Positions 39,158 to 54,447 of a DNA stretch of 64,000 nucleotides are shown piece by piece; position 1 is the first letter of the stretch, and each line of letters opens with the position of its first letter. The notes beneath the pieces are model-generated. The model saw nothing but the letters and a program-made list of their open reading frames with translations, did not search any database and was not told the DNA's origin. The translations under genes were made by a program, and so were the position numbers. Source of the DNA: Phoronis australis. Taxonomy: Eukaryota; Animalia; Phoronida. The stretch covers positions 919,148 through 983,147 of the forward strand of contig NMRA01000079.1 in NCBI GenBank assembly GCA_002633005.1, written 5' to 3'.

Positions 39158-42100
39158 AGCTTAATCACAGATTATGTCAATATAGCGTTCGTTTGGCGTC
39201 TGATCAGAAAAAGATGGCCGGACGTCTGATCTGCCGTATGAAAAAAAAAAATCTCACGTGAACGCATATCAAACGTTGGGTTTGTCTACATATCATCTGA
39301 ACCGATATCAGATGGTAGGTCAGAAATCTCCATTTCGACACATGATTTGTAGTCAGGCTCTATCAACCCACGGTGATCACACATCACATCGGGGTCGAGT
39401 TCAATGTCTCGCAGTGAGAAAAATCGAGCTAAAATCACGTCCTCTTCTTGAAAGCACACGGCGATGTCTCGCGGAATCTCACGAAACTAACTTTTTCTAA
39501 TGAGACACTGGCGTTATTGTACTCGACCGTGATCTGAACGTCATAAGTGGCCAACTGAGTAAGGACATCAGGGATAGGACAATGGCTGGGATGGGGACGC
39601 CCAACGTCAGAGGCAACTACTGACTGCGACAAAAAAAATTAACAGTCAAATGAGGAAAACACAAACAGGACTGAAATTTACGAAATGTTTATCTTTTTAG
39701 GAAATGTTTTGACTGATAAAACTCGTTTGTTGTCCTCAACTAGTGAATGTAAAGAGAAAAGTATTTTTAAATAAAACTATACTAATAATACCTTGTAGAA
39801 ATTGTTCATTAATCTATAGTTATTATTTTAACGAATGGTACTCTTGTCGAAACAATTGCCGGCCTGCTCTATGTCGGACTTGGTAATAGAAAAAAATGAA
39901 GGACCACGCGATATGTTGCGAATCGTGAGGTTCTTGTTATTTACATGTATTTATGTTGGCGATACACGTAGTAACGCATTGCATAGAAGCAACGGATAAC
40001 TACGATGCTTAACTCAAACTTCTCGACCGAATACTCACGTGAGCGCGACAACTCGTTGCAGCTTGTGTAGGTGGATGGCACGACGCATGATTCGCGAATA
40101 TAGCGATCGACAAGCAGTCTCACTCACTCTTGCCATCTGTCTTCCCTATCATGAGAATTTTACCTTCAGATTTTTCATTCATGTCGGCACCAAAATCATA
40201 AGAATTTAGTGTTGAATACATGTAGCTATTGGGACATCGTCTGTAATTTGCCAAGATGGCCGGAAGATATTCATTTTTGCCACGACTTCAGAATGAAGAG
40301 ATTCGACATGTCGTCTTAATTTTGCATTTTTTCATTGGTCTAATAATCGATAGAATCTATATGGGCTTGGAAAAGAAATCGATTTCCATCATTTTCAGTA
40401 TGGCCTCAAATATTTAGGGCTGGAAAACTTCGCTTCGGGTGTTCCTTATGAAAATAACTTGTTCATCTGGGTTCCTCGTGTAATACTTTCAGATCGCAGT
40501 CTTACCGACTTCTGCATTTCCTTACCAGGTATGGTCAGCAGGTCCAAATGGAATATTTCAGACTGTGGGTCTGGTGAACACGTGTGTTTTTAAGACAAAG
40601 GAGTGAATTGTGTGCTGTATTGCAGGTATTTACACCTTCATCTTCCATCTCCAGTAGACGTGAAAGAAGCTGCAGATTGTAAACTCAGCAGTTTTGCAGT
40701 TGCGATAAGAGGGAAAGTCCACACATTACATGCGCTCACCAGCTTTTAATATCATAATGGGGGTCTCGAATCCCTGATGAAATGGACCTTTTGTAAAAAA
40801 GAGAAAGGACTAAAAAACAGGGTACCACCTTCAGGTCTGTGAACTGTGCGTCTGCACCTTTTTAGTGGACTTTTGTCTCGTTTTCTCAGACTTTTTGTTT
40901 CTCTGAGGCAGACCTTTTACACCCACTTCGCTCCCTCCGCCCTCCGCACGCATGCATTTAATCAACTGAACATGAACTGCTGGGCATAACAGCAGTTTTT
41001 TTCAAATGCAGCCGAGCACACAGAGACGAACTTTTTGGGAAATGCACCCGCACTTACATAATCACCCGCGGTTTTCCGTTTGCAAACGGCTACACGTAAC
41101 GCTGCTGCTGCTTCATTTGGACGGCTGCTTGAGACGGTCCCAATAGGGTTTGAACTATGTTCCATGAACTTTAAGCGCATTTTTGGACGGCGAGAAAAAA
41201 CAACAAGTTGATTTTTAAATAATAACACAAATGCACAAGGAGGTTTACATGCAACATTCTTAGTTTAGTGCATTGAAATCATTTACTTTCACTAAAGTAC
41301 TACAATTATTTTTATATGCACGCATTTTAAAACCAAGCTTAAATTCACGAGTCCTCTAAATTTACTATACTGCAAAAATACTCGAAGTGTTACCAAGTCC
41401 TTGATAAAAACCGGTGTCAGCAAATTTGTAATGACATCTGTCGAAGCAACTCTGTGGAGTGTTAGCTGCAGGTAAGGTACACTGTAGTTTTTAAAATATA
41501 CAGAGTACAAGGTCCAAATTCAGCATAAACCTGATTAGGACCACTTAGCTGTTAAAATGTTGGTTTAAAATACATTTGGTCCTTAGTCGAAATGGATATC
41601 ATTTTGGGCTTGAAAGAATTGACGTTTCTTTATTTTTATAGATTATTGTTTGAGGCAATCGCCTACAAGTACGTACAATGTAGATTTGTCAGGGCGCGTG
41701 ACATTTTATACGTATACACCAAGGATGTTCTGTGCAATACCGAGCTGCCAGTTCTTCGACTGAGTCTCAACTCACTTCTGACCGGAGGGTAAACGGAGAA
41801 CAAATTGAGATCAATTTTAAATCGGTAAGTTGTCTAAATCAGTAAATCAGTTTCTTCAACAGAAACCGGTCTTATAGACGACTTAACCTACAATTTAGCA
41901 TACACGTGTTTTACATGAAATAACTTAGTACGCAAACACTGGCAAAGTATTTTAACTTTTAAACGAATAATATGGTGCAAAATAGAAATCATAAAATTGT
42001 CAATTTAATCTACTTGCAAGCACACAGGTGGCGCTCGATAAAGAACAGACAAATGTGCAGCGCCAGCAAAGTGACGCAGACGACGGGCGAGAGATCACGT

Positions 42101-45100
42101 GTTAGTTGTGTGGACAGACCTGTAACTTGCACGTAACGCATGTCAGTTTCAGACAACATGGGAAACTGATATTGAAAATATTTTCGTACCAACTGAAGAG
42201 GTCGTCTTGGAATTTGTTATCCATTTCATTCTCTGGAATCAGGAATGTAATAAAACTAACGCAAATTGGGATTGAGGGCGAATCCGTGGACTATCTTATT
42301 GTGTTTGTCGATATACCGTAAATGTATTCGAAGTCTGCCATTGTGATTTGTTATGATTATTATATCTGAGCAGTATTGCTTATTTTGCTGCGACGTACTT
42401 GTTTGTTTTGGAGTGATGTAAGTACCTGCAGGTATCCCAAGTCATGTTTCCTTGTTTGCTTAGGAGTTTATACCCACTTTCTTCATTTCTGTCAATCATA
42501 ACAATCAAATCTAATTTTTGGTGCTTTCAATATGCATTGTACCATTATATTTTGAGAAATAGCCTGGGGTAAGTTTGATCAAAACGCTCACACAAGATGC
42601 TGCTGTGTGCCTTAGCAATTGTTGTCTGCTAATACAGTTGCCGCCGCCTTCAGTTGGACATGTGCTGAACGGTTATTAAGTTATGTGAAAATAAATAACG
42701 TTATTGACCAAATTAACACAGTTTTTATCAGGTGATCTGTGCAGTCTCTTACTGGAATCAGTTTTGTCCTACTTATCGTTAACTTTAAAAGGCATTTGCC
42801 ACTAAACGAATTTGAAACTCAGCGTTTCAAATTTTCCCCTTGGTGTCACCATGATTTCCAAATAAATCGACGCATTGAAAAAAACTTGCATTTTTCACTC
42901 CTCCATTTACCTCACGTTACGCAATGATTAACGTATTTCATTTTTAACTTATGGTTAGCAACAACTTTGCGTAGATCATATTTTTTCTAATGGATAGACT
43001 GTCCACTTTCATTCACTATTATAGACGTGAAGTTTAATTACATACCAATCTCACTGAAGATATAGCCTCTGCGTGTTTCGATGTTTATGTTGTCTGTTAG
43101 TCGGTTTATTTTCAATTATATCTTTCAATAGCCCATGTATTAAGTTCTATAGCATAAAGATGGTCTTTTGTAACTTTTATATGTTTTTGTTATCGTATTT
43201 GTTCTTATTCTGCCCGCATGTACTGTAATGTTTTCGATACGTCGACACGGAATTGTATCATTTCTTGTGTTATTCTTAAAATGGATATAGCAGTTGGAGA
43301 AAAGACGATTTGTTCTCATCTTCTCGAAATTGTTTTTGTTAGTTACATTTTACTGCTGAACTTTCAGCGATTTACTTTACATGTATGCCAAGATATAGAT
43401 CCACGCACAACAATACAGGCAAGCTATCGTTTGATAATGCCTTTAACCTCGAGTCAAAATTTTGCGAGGAATTCGTTGGGTGGTGTTAACTAAGTAACGT
43501 GGGTTTTGCGCACCTAGAAACTAACTTCAAAAAGGGAGAGTGCACGCTGGGACAGACAGTGTTTTTGAAAACGGGGAGAAATGAACAGAGTGTGTAGTTC
43601 TCAATGGAGGCGGCTCTAATTAAAAGTCACCTGTACAGTACTTTTGTTTAAAAAAATAATTTACGACTGGGCAATTGAATAGTCCTGTCGTAAATTTAGC
43701 CCCTCAAACTTGTAAATGTATTTATCCAACAAGATTTTGGGAATCTTATGCTGACAACAAAAAAGGGCCGGCTTGACCCGGGAATTAAGTACCTCAGGTT
43801 ATACACAAAACAAATTGCACTCGGTAACATTCTGGGAAGAAAAAAGTAATACCCTGTGACATCATCTTAAAAGGGAATGTTTACTCTCAGCGACAAAAGG
43901 TAAATTGTCCAGACTTATGGAATTAATTCTTTCACTCGCATTCCCAGTTAGTCACAAAGCTGTGTATAGCTCCACCTTGTGCCAAGGATAATAGTTCGTG
44001 GGAGTAAATTCTTACACAACTTGGTCTCTGTGTGAGACTTGCATAAGTTTGAACTTGCATAAGTGTTAAAAGCCGAGTTGGCACAAAACGTTGGATGTCT
44101 TTCATTGAAACATTTTTTTCTTCACAAAGCGCATAGGCACAATAACAACAAAGAACCTATCAACGTGGAATGCGTTTACTCGGATTACTTCGTGATAAAA
44201 ACATGTGGGTGGTGTGTAAACTCAATTTTATAGCGTGTTATGAATCAGGCTGTGCAGGCAACTTTGAGCTCTGACCTGCAAACATACCAGGCGCAGACCA
44301 CGTCTGTACCCGCACACGAGTTTTTTCAAGCGGGGGAAATGATCCCCGATGATTTGCAGGGGTCTTGATGAAACGTTTGCGACCGCTACAGGCGTAGGGC
44401 TGGCTACAGTCGAGGAAATAAAAACACTCTGAAACATGTACACTAACAGTAGGGAAATTAAAAAATACTAAACGTAAAAATCTCACCTACGTGTACTTGT
44501 ACATGAATCGCTACTTGGCTCTTGCCAGGAAATTTATGTTGGGGAGCCCAGTTCACTGGTTTAAACAATACATCACATATACCCGAAAAAAAAACGCGAA
44601 ACTTGTTACCCTGTATGCATGAATTTTCAAGAGCAAGATGATGTTAAAAAAGGCAATTTTAGGGAATGTCACGAATAGTGCCTTTGTCAGGAATGTTCCG
44701 CCCTCTCACGTGAAAGTCGCTGCTCCCTTATTTTCGTTTTCGTCGAATCTATATTTCAGTTAATTTAAATTGGGAACCTATACACACGTTCACATTGGAG
44801 CACCTCAGCCCTAGGGTGCATCTAACCGATCTCCATATCCGTTTCTGATCCCAGAGGGAGGCCCCGACAGTCAATTAAATATGACTTATTAATAAATGCT
44901 TTCTGAACATAGATACAAGCAAGGGGACTTTGAAAAATATTTTTCTCGCAATACATGTACGGTTAACCGGATCAGTTATTATCCAGGTATCCTCACACAG
45001 CAGACTGAGCCAACGAAGTCTGTTTTTAAACAGGACTTCGTGTCTGGCATTACTCGAATAATAATCAACAATACACGAATACTGTATATGTATGTAATAC

Positions 45101-46880
45101 AATTCGAACCCATATTGGTCAGAAATTATGCGGCGAGGCGGTCCGCGTAAAGAAAGAGAATTCACCGGCTAGAGCTGGTGAAAATATCGAAACTTAGAAC
45201 ACCTAAAAGTGTCCGATTAAGATTTGCCACGTAAATGTATTTGAAACTATCAAAAACGTCCCAAGTAAATTGCATACTTGGAGCATAAATCACACCTTAA
45301 AATAAATAATTTGATACAAATCTGTGACTAATATAGTCTGAGACAACAATGTACATTTATTAAACGAACTTAAACAGTATATTTTGTTCAACTGCATTCC
45401 ATTTGATTTGAACGGCATTATTATATTCAGTTTCTCCAATAGAGACTTCCTGCAGCATCAATGTACCTACACTGTAAGTGTCGCGGGCAAAATTGCTATT
45501 CAGAGGTCCAATTGGCAAGTAGTAACCTGTCTATATTTTTTGCCGCACACGACCGCCGATGCTTCTTTCCTCTGGCTTTTCGACTCATGGGTTGTATGGT
45601 TTCCACAAAGCATGACTTTATGGTCATATTGCGCTTAGCGAAATTTGACGTCTTTGCGGGATGGGTCCATAATAAAATGTATAAGCCACTCATGGAGAGA
45701 CAAATGATTGTTACTGGTTGCTCCGAAATTGCCAGTTCAAGCCCTGTTACGTTAACGAAGCTAAGGCAAATACGTAGTTGGTTCTGCTCTGTGTTTTTTT
45801 GAAAGTTAGGCAGGTCGTGGGATATTTTTAGTTGCTCATTTTTTTCAAAAAAACTAAATTAATTGCCTGCCAAATTACTAATTGTTTGACAAATTACGGC
45901 CTTTAAACCTTGCTTACAGTTGCTCATGTGCCTTTCAACCAATATCCCAGAAAAAAGAAAGACAAAAAGAAATTGATGCGGGCCGCCGTTTTTTTGATTT
46001 TTGTCCGGGAGCGCAGGTCTCACAGCCATTGTGCTTTTTGGCCGCAGGCAACGGTAGTTGACACGACATTGAATAGGTCATTGAGTCTTGCTTATGCTCA
46101 TAATGACCTGGGACCAGCCTACAGTTACATAAATCTAACTGAAAGCACTCCTTACTCGTTGTAGTCTCACATACAATAATTAGTGTCATGGGAAGACATT
46201 AAATAGGATCCTTGAAATCCGGTTATTTCAGCCGATTGTTCTGTCACCTTCTACTGCACCATTGGCGTCTCAATGGAGTGAAGGTATACAACTTGAACTC
46301 ATGCTTTCTTTGTCACAGATATGACATTATAGCCCTTGGTGAGCAGGTATTTGCCCACAGTTGTCCCGTCACTTGCCTTAAGTCTACAATAGGTCACGCT
46401 TGCATGTTTAACAGAATTTGCAAGTTTTCAAGTTTTGCTCGAAACTTTTGAGAGTTGAGTCAGTGGAGGATTACGGAGCATTACTTTTGTTTAGAACACG
46501 GCGGGAAATTCGTTTTCAACATCAGTTAATAGGGCAAGTCCGGGTTAATTGGTACCCTTTTAATGAAATATGGCCGTACATTTGACGAGTGCAATGTACA
46601 TTCATATGTTGAATAACCAGCTTTACACGCAGAGGAATACTAGTTTATGAACTCAACGGACTCGTCACAAGGTGGCGCACACTTCCAACTGGGGCGTCAG
46701 AAGGTGATAGGAAGGACCGTCGTACAATGTAACCTGGCGACGAGGGTTACATTTTGAGGCTTTATTCGACACAGCATCAAACGTACAGAGTGTGTAGGCC
46801 ATCACCGAAAAACACGGCTAGAGATAACGCCAGACCAGATATAACGCACTGTGGAAAATTTGAATAAGGTGGAAAATACT

Positions 46881-47204
46881 ATGAATGAAATCGAAAATGT
46901 GTACAGTCACATCGGTGGCTTTGGACCCTATCAAATACGGGTGTTTTTCCTAGTACGCCTTATGGAGTTCTGGGCTGCTATAGCCATGATGTTACCAGTA
47001 TTTATAGGTGCCAAACCCGGCATGGGTTGTTTCACCGAGGGAAACAAACACAACGTCTCCACGCATATTGGCCGTGACCAACTATACGTGTACAACCTTC
47101 ACGTTAACTTGTCGACTAATGAAAATAAGAATGTCTGCCGGGGACTGGACGCGATTTGCCCCGGTCTGTGGTACTCGGGCGAATTCACTTCGATAGTTAC
47201 CGAG
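46881..47204 (+). CDS. SLC22 gene 2 exon 1
   Basis: MNEIENVYSHIGGFGPYQ...SIVTE|gtaagt; in-frame TAA upstream at 46842. Confidence 0.9.
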
Positions 47205-50200
47205 GTAAGTTATGTTCATAGCGCATAATTTATCCACAAGGGACAATTAGAACAGTTTAACAAATATTCGGTGTTTATAAAATGAGACGGTTGGCCCTGA
47301 ACCCCTTTGTGAAATCTAAACCTGACACCGTGGATCCGTGGAAACTGCACTCAGTTGACGATATCTCAGTGTTATTTTTTTCATTTGGTAAACTATCAAG
47401 TTTCTTTTATATAATATCTGATTGCTCCCGGCTACAAAAATTTCTGGTGCGGATCATCTAATGAAGATTAGCATTCTATTAAAATGTAAACTGTAAGGTG
47501 ATAATGGCGATGGCATGGCGATCAGGTCGACAACCAAGTTTCCTCAGTATCTCGAGTTTAGACGAGAATCGGAAATTGACTATGCGTTTCGAATAAATTT
47601 GAGCTCGAATCAAGAAATGCAAATGGTTAATTATGGAGGGTCTTCATGGAGTTCGTTTTTAGATCCTGGGCCCTCTGGCTCGTAGCAGCTAGAGCCACCC
47701 GCATGTACATTTATCACACGCCAGCTACGAGGCATGTGATTCGTTTAGGCCACTGTCGGCCGGGTGTTGGGCACGTCCATCAAAGTCTACAATTACTTCA
47801 GAATGAAAACATTAATCGGCAGAAATTTCGAACCTTATGGGACGACCAATACTTACTCTATAACTAGCACTTAAAATGGCTGTCAAGAAATCATTAATCC
47901 TACTATGTTTTTCTAAAATCTCGAGTGCTTGCATTTTGAAAAAATACTTTAAAATTCCAAGACTGTTCCTGTCCGTAGTAGCGTTCAGTGTACTTGAAAA
48001 AATAATAAGCGAATTCTGTTTGATATCTTAAGGTCACTATTCAGAACAGTATTATAAATTGTGGCCATAGGTATTGGAATTGTGGTGACCCAAAATAGCA
48101 TTTGATACTCAAAGTATATAGCCTGGCTTTTGTAACAATGTGCAGAAGACAGATGTCTTCATCATGCCTTTTTCACTGGTTACTTCAAATTCGTTGAATG
48201 GTCACTGGAGAAACTATGGTAGGTTTGAAATTTATTGGTCTTGTTTTATCGCCCCAAAGACCTCCGTGGCAACTCGAGAGGTACATTGCAGTAGCCGTTC
48301 TCGAGTCTGAAGATTCTTGATGTTGGGAAATGTTTGTGGTCGCCGTTTCTCGAGTAATACTCCAGGTCAAGAGCCCATGGGTGTGTATCTCGAAGAATCG
48401 TTTGCTCATAGTGGATATTTTTCTTTTGGCTTCGTTTTTAGCTCCTCTTGAGCAGGCTTCATATTACTGTGTTCCGGCCTCACGTTGTAGACATATTATC
48501 CGACTTTTAGCTGCAGGCTGATTTAGAGAAACACGCTAAGCCACCCAAAGAAGAATTTTTATACAAAAGTTAAGACTAGACACTATACCGGTCAAGAAGG
48601 AGACTTTCTGGTGCATGGTAGGAATAATTACTATTTTTATATGTGGAAACAACACGATAAGATACTCATTGACCCTAGGTGGTCAACATGTTGATAACGG
48701 CATTTTCGAGAGAACTGTGAATCACATTTTGAAACAGGTCCTAGTTTTTCGGAACAAACATTCAAAAATCAAGTGTAACACCGGATTTGCATGATAACTA
48801 AAGAATAATTGCATTTTGATCATTTTCGTCATTTGCAGTACTCGGAAATAGCAAAAAATCCGATCATATATGTATTGTTTGGTATTTCACTATTAGCTGA
48901 AATACGCCTTACGCTCAGTGTCTGAAGTCCAACTTCCGTAAGTTGGCGGATAGGTTATTGCGGATGGACACTTACCGAGTGTGCAGCAGTTTGTTTACAT
49001 GTAGTTAACAGCTTCGTTTTGTTTTACAACAGTTATAAGCCGTCTGGCGGTCTGTGAGTAGATTGTGCTTGAGTGAGCATTCAGTTATTTCAAGTGTTGC
49101 ATTTTTCTCATTTGACTTTGGAAGCTAATTATGAATTATTTTATGTGGACCACAACTGTATGTTTTTGGTCAAAATTGACTCACATTTGCCAAAGATACG
49201 CCAACATATCCATAAATAGTTCCATTGAAAAACAACACGGTCTGTGACCTGGCATACACTGATCGGTGTCATCAATCTGGGTCAAGTTACCAGTCGTAGA
49301 AACAGACTGGACTCTAGTATCCCAATTAAACTACCCCTGTGGGGTTTGCTCCTCTCCCGCCCAGGAAATTTTTCTGTTTTTTTCCTCTAAAAATTAAGCA
49401 TTTTCCTCGATTCGTGAAGTGTTATCCAAGAAAAAAGGCAAAAAAAAAACGTAGAACGTATCAAACAGGAAAACTACAAGATACCAGAGACTCGAACTCA
49501 CAACCTGGTGAATAGAGCGCGCATGCTTTAACACTACACCACCACGACTTAACTACTGATCGTATTCTCAGAGACCTACTTGTTTATGGTCCACAGCGTT
49601 TGCGCCCGAAACCTACTTCTTTTTGTAATGCTTATTACACGTTTTATATTTTGTGCAATCGGTTCTTAACAAATTTGTTGTATATAAAATAGTCTTCAAT
49701 TACCCAAAAGGCCAAATCCGTTTTTCGTGTTGGCAATTGCCTTGGAAATCGTCTTAAGTTAAGGTTTGACAAAGAGAGAATTAATGAGTTTTTGAGTGAT
49801 TCACTAAGGCTTCGATTAAAATTCACATCTTACCAGCAGCTTCTGTTTTTCATCGTCACTCAGGTTCCATTTTCTTTAAAAAATGAAGTAAATTTTCTTC
49901 ATTGCACAGTGGAGCAGACGACGGAAACGGAGTCGTAATGCGTAGCGCCACTCCCGGTCGCCTGGGATATCGCGGGAGAGCCTATACTTAGCCATACAGC
50001 CATACATGTAGTTCCGTTACGAATAAACCGTGTTCTGAATTTGACAATTGAAATTGGATCTGAGCCCCCCCCCAAACACTAAAACTGCACACATTTAAAT
50101 TTTGTTTCATCAGTATAATTTTAGTTACCGGGGTTAATTAATAAACTCAATATTTCCCTACGCTCTTGCTGTTTTATTTTTTTGCGGCAAGCAAGGGGGG

Positions 50201-51994
50201 GCGGGCCCCCTGGACCCCCCCCCCTAATTCCGCCTATGCTATTGGTGGGTCATATTGACTTTAGAAACATCAATTATGATTAGTTTCTTTTAAAAATAAT
50301 ACAAACGTTTTTACGCTATTAGAAACTTTCGGAAATTAGTGTCAATATTTTTGTTGCCGATGCTATGTTACCCGTTTCATGAATAGATAGTTCCCGACTA
50401 AATGTCTTCGATGGCAGCCGGTACATTATGCAGCGCGCGCTTCTTGGCCGCGTGCTAACACTAGTCGGGTTTTTTTAGTCTTCGATTCACGGTTTTCACC
50501 AGTACAAAGAAGGTTAGATTCCTGTTGAGGACAGAGATCTGTTCAGGAAAGATACAATGCAATCCCGCTGACAAGTATGCTGGGTCTGTTTTCAAAGTCC
50601 AGACCATAGTGAGGCTGATTCCTCGCAAGAGCAGCAATTAAAACTTTTGCGTTGTTTTTGAATCGCGGGGTTGGCCCTAAGTTTGAAGTGTATACTGACG
50701 TAACGGTGGGGCTCGTGGTCTACAAACTAAGGACTGTCGAATCTTTCGATTGATAAATTGGAGACTTTCATAGAATTTTAGAACTGCAGGTAAGGCATTT
50801 TTTTGCATATAGTTCTTGGGCTGGGCGCTTACTTTAGCGAAGTCTGGCAACGCGTGGGGGCATTTATAGGGGCCTGGGCGCTTATTAGGGCGAATAGCGG
50901 CAAAATTACATACAGCAGCGTAATTTAATGCACACAAATCACACGTCGTGCAAACCAATCGGCCATTTCACGGCGTTAATCAAACCTAATAGCCTTTGCG
51001 CACCCTGATTTCCGGACATGCGCAATCGTTAAATCGATCGGTTGCAACTTCGCTATTGGAAAAAGTGAAATTCAACCACGTAGGCCTAGGGAATCCCATG
51101 TCAGTTGTTAGCGCGTTTTTTTTCACGTTAACGCGTTTTCTCAGACTTCCTCGTAAGCCTACCACCTAACGCGTCAACTTCGCTTTTTAGGTGTGCCATG
51201 TCCTCTCTCTAGACATTGCTAGAGGCAGTCTAAGAATCTTTGGTTCCGCTAAACATTTAACTTGATCAGACTGGGACTCTAATGTTCTACATTAATATTT
51301 TTCTAATCGTTATTTATGTACGGTTTTTCACCGTAATTTAGCGGGCTTACTCCAATTTTTAACTTAATGAAAGATTTAGGCCACTGCACCTGTTTTTTAA
51401 CGAAACGCTATGACCCAAATACTTCTCAGTTTAAAGTACATTAATTCAGCCAAATGCCAATGAACCAACTGACAACACACTCCGAGATCATCCCCATTAC
51501 CTGGACAAGGCATCCTATTTTCATTATTGGTCTCAACAGGAATGCCAACCAGGTTGAAAGCGGTGTTAGTCCTTGCATTTAACTCCATCATCAACGGGTC
51601 AGCCTCACGCAGCCACACTGTTCTTCATTGGAGACATTTACAATTGCATCATGGTTGTTTGTGACTACATGTACTACCGGCCCACTCTAATGCATGTCGG
51701 CGAAAAAGCTACATGTACATGTATGTTTAATAACGGTTTCCATTGACTCTGGCGGAGCGGAGTCACATTCCACGCGTCAATAAATTTGTCAGGATTGTAT
51801 GTACACATTTCCGTTATACAAGTCTGTAATATTAATTGCAATTATTGTATTTTTAAGTATACATTTAGTCTGTAACGCGTATAGAAAGACACTGACACTG
51901 TTTCCGTCTGCAAGTGCATCATTGGAAAAAGACGTCTTTCCATTTTTTTAATTAACATCATCAGCACCATCCCCATCATCATCATCATCATCAA

Positions 51995-52056
<62 letters not shown>

Positions 52057-54401
52057 NCGACTTAACTACTGATCGTATTCTCAGAGACCTACTTGTTTAT
52101 GGTCCACAGCGTTTGCGCCCGAAACCTACTTCTTTTTGTAATGCTTATTACACGTTTTATATTTTGTGCAATCGGTTCTTAACAAATTTGTTGTATATAA
52201 AATAGTCTACAATTACCCAAAAGGCCAAATCCGTTTTTCGTGTTGGCAATAATGACGCGATTGCTTTGGAAATCGTCTTAAGTTAAGGTTTGACAAAGAG
52301 AGAATTAATGAGTTTCTGAGTGATTCACTAAGGCTTCGATTAAAATTCACATCTTATCAGCAGCTTCTGTTTTTTCATCGTCACTCAGGTTCCATGTTCT
52401 TTAAAAAATGAAGTAAATTTTCTTCATTGCACAGTGGAGCAGACGACGGAAACGGAGTCGTAATGCGTAGCGCCACTTCCGGTCGCCTGGGATATCGCGG
52501 GAGAGCCTATACTTAGCCATACAGCCATACATGTAGTTCCGTTACGAATAAGCCGTGTTCTGAATTTGACACTTGAAATTGGATCTGAGCCCCTCCCCCC
52601 CAAACACTAAAACTACACACATTTAAATTTTGTTTCATCAGTATAATTTTAGTTACCGGGGTTAATTAATAAACTCAACATTTCCCTACGCTCTTGCTGT
52701 TTTATTTTTTTGCGGCAAGCAAGGGGGGGACCCCTGGACCCCCCCCCCCTAATTCCGCCTATGCTATTGGTGGGTCATTTTGACTTTAGAAACATCAATT
52801 ATGATTAATTTCTTTAAAAAAAATACAAACGTTTTTACGCTATTAGAAACTTTCGGAAATTAGTGTCAATATTTTTGATGCCGATGCTATGCTACCCGTT
52901 TCATGAATAGATAGTTCCCGACTAAATGTCTTCGATGGCAGCCGGTACATTATGCAGCGCGCGCTTCTTGACCGCGTGCTAACACTAGTCGAGTTTTTTT
53001 AGTCTTCGATTCACGGTTTTCACCTGTACAAAGAAGTTTGGATTCCTGTTGAGGACAGAGAAGATCTGTACAGGAAAGATAATGCAATCCCGCTGACAAG
53101 TATGCTGGGTCTGTTTTCAAAGTCCAGACCATAGTGGGGCTGATTCCTCGCAAGAGCAGCTATTAAAACTTTTGCGTTGTTTTTGAATCGCGGCGTAGGC
53201 CTAAGTTTGAAGTGTATACTGACGTAACGGTGGGGCTCGAGGTCTACAAACTAAGGACTGTCGAATCTTTCAATTGATAAATTGGAGACTTTCATAGAAT
53301 TTTAGAACTGTAGGTAAGGCATTTTTTGCATATAGTTCTTGGGCTGGGCGCTTACTTTAGCGAAGTCTGACAATGCGTGGGGACATTTATAGGGGCCTGG
53401 GCGCTTATTAGGGCGAATAGCGGCAAAATTACATACAGTAGCGTAGTTTAATGCACACAAATCACACGTCGTGCAAACCAATCGGCCATTTCACGGCGTT
53501 AATCAAACCCAATAGACTTTGCGCACCCTGATTTCCGGACATGCGCAATCGTTAAATCGATCGGTTGCAACTTCGCTATTGGAAACAGTGTGAAATTCAA
53601 CCACGTAGGCCTAGGGAATCCCATGTCAGTTGTTAGCGCGTTTTTTTTTCACGTTAACGCGTTTTCTCAGACTTCCTCGTAAGCCTACCACCTAACGCGT
53701 CAACTTCGCTTTTTAGGTGTGCCATGTCCTCTCTCTAGACATTGTTAGAGGCAGTCTAAGAATCTAAACGTTTAACTTGATCAGACTGGGACTCTAATGT
53801 TCTACATTAATATTTTTCTAATCGTTATTTGTGCACGGTTTGTTCACCGTAATTTAGCTGGCTTACTCCAATTTTTAACTTAATGAAAGATTTAGGCCAC
53901 TGCACCTGTTTTTTAACGAAACGCTATGGCCCAAATACTTCTCAATTTAAGCCAAATGCCAAAAAGAACCAACTGACAACACACTCCGAGATCATCCCCA
54001 TTAGCTGGACAAGGCATTCTATTTTCATTATTGGTCTCAACAGGAATGCCAACCAGGTTGAAAGCGGTGTTAGTCCTTGCATTTAACTCCATCATCAACG
54101 GGTCAGTCTCACGCAGCCACAGTGTTCTTCATTGGAGACATTTACAATTGCATCATGGTTGTTTGTGACTACTACCGGCCCACTCTAATGCATGTCAGCG
54201 AAAAAACTACATGTACATGTATGTTTAATAACGGTTTCCATTGACTCTGGCGGAGCGGAGTCACATTCCACGCGTCAATAAATTTGTCAGAATTGTATGT
54301 ACACATTTCCTTCATGCAAGTCTGTAATATTAATTGCAGTTATTGTATGTTTAAGTATACATTTAGTCTGTAACGCGTATAGACATCGACATCACCATCC
54401 C

Positions 54402-54447
<46 letters not shown>

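Noticed and set aside
51397-51660. Coding-looking segment duplicated at about 53900-54150
   Set aside because: The frames differ between the haplotype copies and I recognise no domain in any frame.
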